Source: an uncultured Candidatus Peribacteria bacterium
Lineage (GTDB): Bacteria; Patescibacteriota; Gracilibacteria; UBA1369; GCA-2718715
Assembly: GCA_964451705.1 (NCBI GenBank)
Contig: CAYVIV010000003.1
Location: 1-58,902, forward strand
Length of the DNA stretch: 58,902 nt
Direction of reading: 5' to 3'
The notes under the pieces: generated by a model
Database searches by the model: none
Told to the model about the DNA's origin: nothing
Seen by the model: the letters and a program-made list of their open reading frames with translations, nothing else
Program-made: the position numbers and the translations under genes
In this document: in pieces, positions 28,558-37,030 of the stretch
Numbering within the stretch: position 1 is the stretch's first letter
How the letters are laid out: the number at the start of each line of letters is the position of its first letter

Positions 28558-30323
28558 TAATTTTTAATTAAGTCAATTTGTAATTCTTCTAAGAGTGAGT
28601 CATCTACTGTAGAGGGAGCTCCAAGCATAATATCCTTACCCTTAGAGTCTTTTGGAAATGCAATTACCTCTCGAATATTGGGTTCATTTGCAAATATCAT
28701 GATTAATCTGTCCAATCCCCAAGCAATTCCTGCATGTGGCGGTACGCCGTAAGAGAACGCCTCTAACATGTGACCAAATCGTTTTTCTGCATCTTCATCA
28801 GATATTCCCAAAGCATCAAAGAGCGCTTTTTGCAATGCAGCATCGTGAATACGTACACTTCCACCACCAATTTCATATCCATTTAATACTATATCATAAG
28901 ATATAGATTTTAACTCAAGTGGTTTTGTTTTTAAGTCGGCAATTTTTTCTAATTTAGGAGAAGTAAACGGATGGTGACAGGCTTGCATAGACCCATCATC
29001 ATTTTTTTCAAACAAAGGAAAGTCGACCACCCAGGCCAAGGCATAAAGATTAGGATCAATTAAATCTAAAATCTTGGCTAACTCATTTCTCACAGCTCCA
29101 AGAGAGTTACAAGCAATTTCAAATTCGTCTGCCATAAAAAATACAACGTCACCATTTTGGATTGATAACTCAGCTTGCAAACCCTGAATTTCGGACTCAG
29201 ACAAGAATTTTAAAATAGGCGAACGCAGTTCATCATTCTCCTTAATAATATACGCTAACCCCTTAGCCTTATATACTTTAGCAGTTGCTTCTAAATCAGC
29301 TATGACTTTACGAGACAACTTTTCTGCTGCATTAGGCGCCTTTAAAGCCTTAATAATACCAGAATTGGATACAACAGAGGCAAAAGCCTTGAATTCTGAA
29401 TTTTCAAAAACCTTAGACACATCAACAAATTCCAAATCAAAGCGTAAGTCGGGTTTATCGCTACCATATTTGTTCATAGCCTCGTCATAAGTAAGTTCTA
29501 ATGGCTGCTCAAAGCGCAACTTAACATCTGGACGGTGTTTTTTGATAAGTTGCAAAACTAATTTTGTATTTATATCAATCACATCTTGTTGTGAAGCGAA
29601 AGACATTTCCAAATCTAATTGTGTGAACTCTGGTTGTCTATCTCCTCGTAAATCTTCATCTCTAAAACAACGAGCAATCTGAAAATATTTATCCATACCA
29701 GCAACCATTAGTAACTGTTTGAGTTGTTGAGGTGACTGAGGTAATACATAAAAGTTACCTGGATACACTCGAGAGGGTACAATATACTCACGACTGCCCT
29801 CAGGAGTACCTTTGATCATAATTGGGGTTTCTATTTCTAAAAAACCATCATCAGATAAAAAATTCCTAATATCTCTAATAACTTCGTGTCTCAAAATTAA
29901 ATTTTTCTGTAAACGCTCTCTTCTTAAATCTAAATAGCGATATTTTAGTCTAACATCCTCACCTGGTTCAACATGTGAATCTATTTCAAAGGGTGGAGTT
30001 ATAGCTCTTGATAAAATATCTAAATCTGTAACTACAACCTCTATATCTCCTGTTGCTAACTCCTTATTCTGCATGCCTTCTGGTCTTTTTGCGACTGTGC
30101 CTTTAATATGAATAACAAATTCAGATCGAAGCTCATTAGCTAACTCATGTGCCTTGACACTAGAATCTGGATCAAAAGTAATTTGAGTTACTCCGTATCT
30201 ATCACGTAAGTCAATAAAAATTAATCCGCCATGGTCTCGGCGTCTATGAACAAATCCAGACAAACTTACTGTGGAATCTACATCTGCAGCTCTTAATTCA
30301 TTTAAATAGTGCGATCTTTTCAT
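28557..30323 (-). CDS. aspS: aspartate--tRNA ligase
   Basis: N-terminal OB domain (VSLSGFVHRRRDHGGLIFIDLRD), class II motifs (FRDEDLRGDRQPEFTQLD, GGGSVRIH, GLDRL), and 588 aa. Confidence 0.95.
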   Translation of the reverse strand: MKRSHYLNELRAADVDSTVSLSGFVHRRRDHGGLIFIDLRDRYGVTQITFDPDSSVKAHELANELRSEFVIHIKGTVAKRPEGMQNKELATGDIEVVVTDLDILSRAITPPFEIDSHVEPGEDVRLKYRYLDLRRERLQKNLILRHEVIRDIRNFLSDDGFLEIETPIMIKGTPEGSREYIVPSRVYPGNFYVLPQSPQQLKQLLMVAGMDKYFQIARCFRDEDLRGDRQPEFTQLDLEMSFASQQDVIDINTKLVLQLIKKHRPDVKLRFEQPLELTYDEAMNKYGSDKPDLRFDLEFVDVSKVFENSEFKAFASVVSNSGIIKALKAPNAAEKLSRKVIADLEATAKVYKAKGLAYIIKENDELRSPILKFLSESEIQGLQAELSIQNGDVVFFMADEFEIACNSLGAVRNELAKILDLIDPNLYALAWVVDFPLFEKNDDGSMQACHHPFTSPKLEKIADLKTKPLELKSISYDIVLNGYEIGGGSVRIHDAALQKALFDALGISDEDAEKRFGHMLEAFSYGVPPHAGIAWGLDRLIMIFANEPNIREVIAFPKDSKGKDIMLGAPSTVDDSLLEELQIDLIKN

Positions 30324-30367
30324 GAAATTATAATTAAAATTATCATAATAAAATTAGCCTAAAAAAC

Positions 30368-33300
30368 CTATTTAATCAAAGCTAATATTTGAGATTTTAC
30401 ACTAGGAGTTAAACATATTCCAGTTTTGAGTTTAATTTTCTTGGCAGAGTCACTGTTAGCATCAATAATTAACAAAACAGGTGTTTGTCCGGGATTATCA
30501 GCTAAAAGTTCTTTTAATTTAGATAAATTTGTTTTCGAAGTGCTTTTATCTAAAGGGATTTCAAAAACTTTCTTAGAATAATCATAGAGCTCACCATTAA
30601 TTGCAGAGTCCTTCATAACCTCTAAAGAAACCTTTTGAATGTCGGTAAGGGCTAATTGCAAGTTATCTCTTTTAGAAACTTTAGCTTTACAAACAACAAA
30701 ATCATCATTTTCAATTTCTATTCTAATAGACTCTAAAGCTCTAGGAAATACAACTACATCTATACCTGCAAACAAATCTTCTAAAATAAAAGTCATCATT
30801 TGCTTACCATTTTTGGTGTAAAACTTCCTCAAATTAGTCACCATTCCACAAAAGCTATAAGACTTTTCTAAATCTTTATCATTTAAAGCATTTATCATCT
30901 TATATTTACTCTTTAAATAGCTACCAAGACCACGTAAAGGGTGGGCAGAAACATATAAACCCAAGACATCCTTTTCTCGTGATAAAATTTCAAAATCAGA
31001 AAGGGGGTCCACCTGCAACACATCTAAACTGGAAGTCTGGCTTGCATCATCCGTCATATCAAAAAGACTACCCTGGCCACTATTTCGAGCCTGAGCATGG
31101 GCTTTTGAAAATTTATTAATTAACTCATAGGAACTAGCAATTGCATGTCGTGAACCGAAATCGTCTAAGGCTCCTGCATAGGCAAGTGCCTGAATAGATT
31201 TTTTATTAAGTAACTCAGGAGCCACACGTGTAGCAAAGTCGCTTAAGGACTCAAATTCACCTTCTAACTCACGAACTTTAATGATTTCTTCAATTGTTTT
31301 TGTTCCAAGCCCTTTAATAGCACCCAGACCAAAACGTATGGTTTTATCTCCTGTGACTGTAAATGTTAGGGCACTTTGGTTAATACTAGGTGGCAACACC
31401 TCTATGCCTAAATTTGCACATTCTTCTATTTCTATCACTACTCTATCTGTAGTTTCTAAGTCTGCAGTTAATAAAGCTGCCATAAATTCAACTGTATAGT
31501 TGGCCTTTAAGTAGGCAGTCTGATAAGAAATATAAGCATAACAAGTGGCATGAGCTTTATTAAAGCCATATCCAGCAAATGGCTCAATTACATCGGTAAA
31601 AACCTTAAGAGCAAATTCTGGATCATGACCCTGTGCTTCTGCTCCTTTTGCAAAGTTCTTCTTTTGCTCTGCTAGTAGTTCTGGGATTTTCTTACCTACT
31701 GCTCTTCTCAACAAATCTGCTTGACCAAGGGAAAAACCAGCGAAATCACGAGCAATTCTTAAAATCTGCTCCTGGTAAACACCAACTCCATAGGTTTCCT
31801 CTAAAATAGGCTCAAAGACAGGGTGCATGTATTTAATAGTTTTAGGATCATGCTTACCCTGAATATATTGAGGTATATAATCCATAGGGCCCGGTCTATA
31901 CAAGGCATTCATAGCAATTATATCTTCTAAACGAGATGGTATTAACTCTTTTAAATACCGCTTCATTCCATTTGATTCCAGCTGAAAAACTCCAGTTGTC
32001 AATCCGTCTGCTAACAATTCATAAGTTTTACTATCATCTAACTTTATATTGTTTATATCTATATCTATATTGTGACGAAACTTGATAATTTTCAAAGTAT
32101 CTTCTAAAATAGTTAAATTCTTTAAACCTAAGAAATCCATTTTTAACAGGCCAATATCCTCAAGTGGCTTCATTGAATATTGAGTCACAATAGACCCATC
32201 CTTGCCAGATGCAGGCTGCAGGGGAGTATAGTTGGTAATTGCATCTTCAGAAATAATTACAGCACACGCATGAGTTCCTGTATGACGCACTGTACCCTCC
32301 AGCTTAATAGCAAAATCCATTAAACGTTTTGTAGCCGGCTCTTTTTTATATGCCTGTGCCAATTCTACAGCATCAACTATTGACTTAGCTAAAGGTTCAT
32401 ACTTGCCAAACACTGGAGGGGGCACTAACTTGGAAATTCTATCTACATCACTATAAACCATGCCTAAAGCCCTACCTACATCTCTAATAACTGCCTTGGC
32501 AGACATTGTCCCAAAAGTAATTATTTGAGCAACATTCATACGACCATATCTTTCTACTACATAGTCCATAACCTCCTCACGCCTTGTATCAGCAAAGTCA
32601 ATATCGACATCGGGCATACTAACACGTTCTGGATTAAGGAATCTCTCAAAATACAACCCATATTTAAGTGGGTCTACAGTAGTAATATCTAAAACATAAG
32701 CGATAATGGACCCAGCAGCCGATCCACGGCCTGGTCCAACCATAATATCTTGTTTTTTAGCAAAGTCTATAAAATCATAAACAATCAAGAAATAATCTAC
32801 AAAGCCCATGCTTTCAATTACTGATAGCTCGTACTCAAGCCGTTTTTTAGCTTCCAAATCATTTTTAGGATATTTTTTTTGCAAACCTTCATCACATAAT
32901 TCACGTAAATATTTATTTGGGGATATATTATTAGGAGTAGCAAATTTAGGCAGTAAATTCTGACCAAATTCTATTTGAAAATTGATAGAATCAACAAAAT
33001 CTTCTAAATTTTGTAAGATAGGCTCAAGTTCAATATCTTCAAACTCCTTTTGAATCTCTTCTAGGGTCCTCAAACTAAAATCGCCATCATATTTAAGCCT
33101 ATCATTTTCATCTACATGACGACCAGATTGAATGCATACTAAGACATCATGCGCGCTAGCATCTTCTGGCTTTATGTAGTGAGAATCACAAGCAATTAAA
33201 ACTTTTAAATTTCTCTCTTTTGCCAAGGCTAAAACCTGCTTATTTACAAAATCTTGTTTAGGATGCAGGCTAGGTGGTGAAATCTGTAGGTAATAATCAT

Positions 33301-33790
33301 CGAAAATGTCACTATAAAAGTCTAAAACATTATTAGTCTTATCTAAATTCTCAGCTAATATTGCATGTGATAATTCACTTTGAATTCCTCCACTAACTGC
33401 GATAATGCCCTTTGAATGACCAGATAATAACTTTCTATCAATTCGAGGTACATAGTAAAAACCCTCTAAATAGGATTTAGTCACTAATTCAATAATATTC
33501 AAGTATCCTTGTTGATTTTTGGCATATAACAAAATTGTTTTGCAAAATCTATTCGTGGAGTCTTTAATAAAACGATCCTCAGAAATATAGAACTCTACAC
33601 CCAAAATTGGCTTAACACCTTCTGATTTACAAGCTTTAAATAACTCACATGCACCATATAGATTCCCATGATCTGTAATCCCAATTGCCGTCTGGTTATT
33701 AGCCGCGGCAAAGGCAGCTAGCTGTTTTGGGCGAGTTAAAGCGTCAAGTAAACTGTAATGAGTATGATTTTGGATATTTATGAAATTCAT
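30368..33790 (-). CDS. dnaE: DNA polymerase III alpha subunit
   Basis: PHP domain (HTHYSLLDA, ITDHGNLYG), palm/fingers motifs (PDVDIDF, GLLKMDFLGL), and 1140 aa. Confidence 0.95.
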   Translation of the reverse strand: MNFINIQNHTHYSLLDALTRPKQLAAFAAANNQTAIGITDHGNLYGACELFKACKSEGVKPILGVEFYISEDRFIKDSTNRFCKTILLYAKNQQGYLNIIELVTKSYLEGFYYVPRIDRKLLSGHSKGIIAVSGGIQSELSHAILAENLDKTNNVLDFYSDIFDDYYLQISPPSLHPKQDFVNKQVLALAKERNLKVLIACDSHYIKPEDASAHDVLVCIQSGRHVDENDRLKYDGDFSLRTLEEIQKEFEDIELEPILQNLEDFVDSINFQIEFGQNLLPKFATPNNISPNKYLRELCDEGLQKKYPKNDLEAKKRLEYELSVIESMGFVDYFLIVYDFIDFAKKQDIMVGPGRGSAAGSIIAYVLDITTVDPLKYGLYFERFLNPERVSMPDVDIDFADTRREEVMDYVVERYGRMNVAQIITFGTMSAKAVIRDVGRALGMVYSDVDRISKLVPPPVFGKYEPLAKSIVDAVELAQAYKKEPATKRLMDFAIKLEGTVRHTGTHACAVIISEDAITNYTPLQPASGKDGSIVTQYSMKPLEDIGLLKMDFLGLKNLTILEDTLKIIKFRHNIDIDINNIKLDDSKTYELLADGLTTGVFQLESNGMKRYLKELIPSRLEDIIAMNALYRPGPMDYIPQYIQGKHDPKTIKYMHPVFEPILEETYGVGVYQEQILRIARDFAGFSLGQADLLRRAVGKKIPELLAEQKKNFAKGAEAQGHDPEFALKVFTDVIEPFAGYGFNKAHATCYAYISYQTAYLKANYTVEFMAALLTADLETTDRVVIEIEECANLGIEVLPPSINQSALTFTVTGDKTIRFGLGAIKGLGTKTIEEIIKVRELEGEFESLSDFATRVAPELLNKKSIQALAYAGALDDFGSRHAIASSYELINKFSKAHAQARNSGQGSLFDMTDDASQTSSLDVLQVDPLSDFEILSREKDVLGLYVSAHPLRGLGSYLKSKYKMINALNDKDLEKSYSFCGMVTNLRKFYTKNGKQMMTFILEDLFAGIDVVVFPRALESIRIEIENDDFVVCKAKVSKRDNLQLALTDIQKVSLEVMKDSAINGELYDYSKKVFEIPLDKSTSKTNLSKLKELLADNPGQTPVLLIIDANSDSAKKIKLKTGICLTPSVKSQILALIK

Positions 33791-33872
33791 AAGCCTACAC
33801 TATTTAAAATGCAAAGATTTGGTTTGCTAAAAGCTTATCAGATAAGTCTTTTTTTGAAAATTAAAAAAAGTC

Positions 33873-33899
33873 TTGCTTAACCAAAAATAATCTTATAAT
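33873..33899 (+). promoter_or_regulatory. candidate promoter for tRNA-Leu (TTGCTT-N15-TATAAT)
   Basis: A perfect TATAAT at 33894..33899 lies about 25 nt upstream of the tRNA 5' end. The -35-like TTGCTT sits at a short 15-nt spacing. Confidence 0.3.
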
Positions 33900-33924
33900 A
33901 TCACTTTATCTTATTAGTACACGT

Positions 33925-34009
33925 GCCGTGGTGGCGGAATTGGTAGACGCGCTGGTCTTAGGAACCAGTAGGGAAACCTGTAAGAGTTCGAGTCTCTTCC
34001 ACGGCACCA
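33925..34009 (+). tRNA. tRNA-Leu (anticodon TAG), class II long variable arm, CCA encoded
   Basis: GCCGTGG TG GCG..CGC G CTGGT CTTAGGA ACCAG, a variable arm TAGGGAAACCTGT, then AAGAG TTCGAGT CTCTT CCACGGC A CCA. Confidence 0.9.
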
Positions 34010-34028
34010 TTTTTTTCTCAAAATAGAA

Positions 34029-34056
34029 TTGACTTATGTCAAAAGTACTATATAAT
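34029..34056 (+). promoter_or_regulatory. near-consensus sigma70 promoter (TTGACT-N16-TATAAT)
   Basis: TTGACT at 34029..34034 and TATAAT at 34051..34056, 25 nt upstream of the ATG at 34082. Confidence 0.5.
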
Positions 34057-34081
34057 ACTTATCAATAACATAAAGGTAAAT

Positions 34082-35113
34082 ATGAATAGTTTTACAACCA
34101 TAAATAACGACTTCCAAGAGATCATCAGGGAAGTAATGTCGATTCTAAGCCAAAAAGAACAAGAGGTTATCAGCAAACGAAACGCCATTACCACACCGGT
34201 TAGAATGACACTTCAAGCAATTGGAGAGGATATGTTTATAACAAGAGAAAGAGTACGTCAAATAGAAAAAAAAGCTATCTCCAAAATAGAAAGAAATCAG
34301 AAAAACCTCAAAATCAAAGAGGTTGTTGCTCTTGTAGAACAAAGCTTAAAAAAATTCCAAAACCTTGCCAAAGAAAAACTATTCATTAAATATCTTGAGC
34401 AAGAAGGCACAAAACAAGAAGCTTTAGGAGTTTACTATATAGCTCTGCAAATCTCACAACAAACAGGTTTGCTGCGTAAAACTCAAACCCTTGCTAAAAC
34501 CTGGTATAATAAAACTCTTTTAAACGAAACAGAAATCAAAGGAGTTGTCAAAGAAGCCGTTTTATTATTAAAGTCCAAAGAATCAGCTATAGAGGAACAA
34601 ACATTAATTGATAGTATTGCAAAAAAACTTTCAATTAGCGCCGAATTGGTTCCAAACATCTTAAATATTACCAACGAGGTAAAAAATTTAGAAGGGGTTT
34701 ACGGGCTAGCAAACTGGAGAAATGTAAACCCAAAGAGTATCAAAGATAAAGCTGTCATTATCCTGAAAAGAGCACACCGACCATTGCATTTCAGAACAAT
34801 CAATAAGTTAATTCATGACTCGCAGTTTGATCACAAACAAGTAACTGTCGAGGCAGTCCACAACGAATTAATAAGATACGAAGATTTTGTCTTAGTAGGA
34901 AGGGGATTATATGCCCTATCTGAATGGGGATACACAAAAGGCACTGTTAAAGATGTTATCTACCAGATTCTTAAAGAGCATGGACCATTAAAAAAGAAGG
35001 AAATAGTTGAACATGTACTGAAAAAAAGGCAAGTCAAAATAGGAACTATTTCTCTGAACCTACAGAAAAATACTGAGTTTAAACGAGTTGGAAGAGCTAT
35101 TTACTCAATTTAA
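34082..35113 (+). CDS. sigma-70 region-4-like HTH protein with C-terminal HARE-HTH-like domain
   Basis: LSQKEQEVISKR......MTLQAIGEDMFITRERVRQIEKKAISKI is a region 4.2 pattern. The C-terminal LHFRTINKLIHD...VHNELIRYEDFVLVGRGLYALSEWGY resembles HARE-HTH. No sigma region 2 is present. Confidence 0.6.
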   Translation: MNSFTTINNDFQEIIREVMSILSQKEQEVISKRNAITTPVRMTLQAIGEDMFITRERVRQIEKKAISKIERNQKNLKIKEVVALVEQSLKKFQNLAKEKLFIKYLEQEGTKQEALGVYYIALQISQQTGLLRKTQTLAKTWYNKTLLNETEIKGVVKEAVLLLKSKESAIEEQTLIDSIAKKLSISAELVPNILNITNEVKNLEGVYGLANWRNVNPKSIKDKAVIILKRAHRPLHFRTINKLIHDSQFDHKQVTVEAVHNELIRYEDFVLVGRGLYALSEWGYTKGTVKDVIYQILKEHGPLKKKEIVEHVLKKRQVKIGTISLNLQKNTEFKRVGRAIYSI

Positions 35114-35555
35114 TATCTTTCCAGATTGCGAATATCTCCTCATCTGATAAATGTTTCAGATTCGAGATAGTAAAATTCAGATTACAGATCTTCAAATATA
35201 AAGTGGACAGTTGCACAGCTGTTCCTTTTCTGAAATTTGCACGATTGGCAATATCGGTTTTATGCGCTTTTATAGCAGCAACCATTGTCCTTCTAGATGG
35301 GCGTTGAATACTCTTAGGTATATTTTGTTTATTTACAACCTTCTCCTTAGTGACTACCTCAACTTGTTCGGTAATACCTGTATCTTTTGAACTAGGAATC
35401 AACTCCTCTATTGACTCTAGAACCTCCGGCTTCTTCTCAGGGATTCCAGGGGTGCTTAATTCACTGGATTGGTTGATAATTTCATCATCTTTGGGTAGTA
35501 TTTCCATAATTAAAATTTTAAATAATGAAACTAATAAAAATTTTATTGTCGACAC
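35097..35555 (-). CDS. hypothetical protein
   Basis: Only an ORF of 152 aa. An alternative start at 35507 (MEILPKDDE) would remove the overlap with the divergent gene at 35525. No motif recognised, and coding status is unproven. Confidence 0.35.
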   Translation of the reverse strand: MSTIKFLLVSLFKILIMEILPKDDEIINQSSELSTPGIPEKKPEVLESIEELIPSSKDTGITEQVEVVTKEKVVNKQNIPKSIQRPSRRTMVAAIKAHKTDIANRANFRKGTAVQLSTLYLKICNLNFTISNLKHLSDEEIFAIWKDIKLSK

Positions 35556-37030
35556 TATTATGGACTAGTTTTGCATTCGCAGCAACTATAGAACCAAACT
35601 CGATAATTAACCTTATAAACTCAGAGGATTTCACTAGAATAGATGAACCTGTAGTCTTTGAGGCAGAAAGCTTTAGTGATATAGAAGACTTAAACAAAGG
35701 TCAGATTAAATATGTCTGGGATTTTGGTAACCAAAACTATGATGAAGGTCAAAAAGTTGTACATAGATATCAAAAGCCCGGAAATTATAAGGTCAGCCTT
35801 AGCACAACATACAAAGATGATACATTTAATGCAGTCAAGGATATATTTGTTTCTAAAACCAATATATTAGTAATTACAGATAACCAACAGGAGTCTGAGA
35901 ATATTCAACAGTTTAAGAAAACTGCAGAAAGTTTTGATATCTATGTAAACGCAGTCAGCGCGTATAACAATGCCTCAAACTTTGTAAGTTCAGAAATCCT
36001 CTCACAAAAGATTACTAATAGCAGTAACCTGCAACAATATGAATATATAATCGACTGGACTGCTCAAAGTATAGGCAAAAATACCATCCAAAAAGTTCAG
36101 CAAAAAAACACAAATAGTTTTAAAAACATAACATTTATAAATCTTTCAAAAGCCAAACAAATCACAATTAGCAGCAGACAAAAGAAACAATTGTCGATTT
36201 CAGACATTATAACAATCAAAAAATCTGCATTATATACCCTACTTGAAAGTCAATCTAAACAAGATTTTCTTAATAAACTCGAGACACAACAACATGAATA
36301 TCAAATTCACGGAGTGACTCACAAAATCTCAGAAAAATTGCCATTTACACAAATATTCAACTTTATGCGAGAAAATGGAGTTACCGAGCAAAGCCTATAT
36401 TTAATCATAATAATACCATTACTTGCTTTATCTATCACATTCGCCAAGCAGGTTGTTGGTATAGAAGCCATAGGGTTTTATACACCTCTGATTACAAGCC
36501 TGTCACTTTTATATATAGGAATTAAAGTCGGTACTGTGATCTTTATAGGTTTGTATATTTTCTCCTATTTCGTCCAAAAATATCAAAGTCGCAATAAATT
36601 TCACTATCTGGCCAAAAATGCTCTTTTAGTTTCCTGTTTTTCATTAATTACATTGGTTGTGCTTACTATCCTCACTTATTTCCAAGGTTCTCAAGCAGCC
36701 CTAATCAACATTGCAATTTTTCCTATGGTTGTCTTAATTACTATCGTAGAAAGCTTTGCTAAGCAAATATACATGAAAGGTTACAAGTTAGGATCTAAAA
36801 AGGTTCTGAGCACCTATGTAGTCTGCCTAGCAGCCTATATCTTAGCAGGGGGCACTCTTAACATATTGAGCAAAACTTTCTCCTTTACATTTCTAAAAGA
36901 TCTCATAATGCAAATTCCAGATTTAACTCTTGTTTTGATTGGGTTAATTATATATTTAGGGAACTGGAAAGGACTCAAATTAATTGAATATTACAGAATT
37001 AAGTCATATAACGATAACATAGAGGAGTAA
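35525..37030 (+). CDS. secreted PKD-domain ectodomain fused to a 7-TM module of the type partnered with RimK-like ATP-grasp ligases
   Basis: Signal peptide MKLIKILLSTLLWTSFAFA and PKD signature YVWDFGNQNYDEGQKVVHRYQKPGNYKVSL. Seven C-terminal hydrophobic helices begin at VGIEAIGFYTPLITSL and end at GNWKGLKLIEYYRIKS, resembling the '7TM usually fused to inactive transglutaminase' family. The C-terminus is ...NDNIEE. Confidence 0.7.
   Translation: MKLIKILLSTLLWTSFAFAATIEPNSIINLINSEDFTRIDEPVVFEAESFSDIEDLNKGQIKYVWDFGNQNYDEGQKVVHRYQKPGNYKVSLSTTYKDDTFNAVKDIFVSKTNILVITDNQQESENIQQFKKTAESFDIYVNAVSAYNNASNFVSSEILSQKITNSSNLQQYEYIIDWTAQSIGKNTIQKVQQKNTNSFKNITFINLSKAKQITISSRQKKQLSISDIITIKKSALYTLLESQSKQDFLNKLETQQHEYQIHGVTHKISEKLPFTQIFNFMRENGVTEQSLYLIIIIPLLALSITFAKQVVGIEAIGFYTPLITSLSLLYIGIKVGTVIFIGLYIFSYFVQKYQSRNKFHYLAKNALLVSCFSLITLVVLTILTYFQGSQAALINIAIFPMVVLITIVESFAKQIYMKGYKLGSKKVLSTYVVCLAAYILAGGTLNILSKTFSFTFLKDLIMQIPDLTLVLIGLIIYLGNWKGLKLIEYYRIKSYNDNIEE

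Noticed and set aside
33834-33856. cttatc-a-gataag palindrome followed by a T7 run between dnaE and tRNA-Leu
   Set aside because: The loop would be too small, leaving an effective stem of only 4 bp. No gene reads into it on the forward strand.
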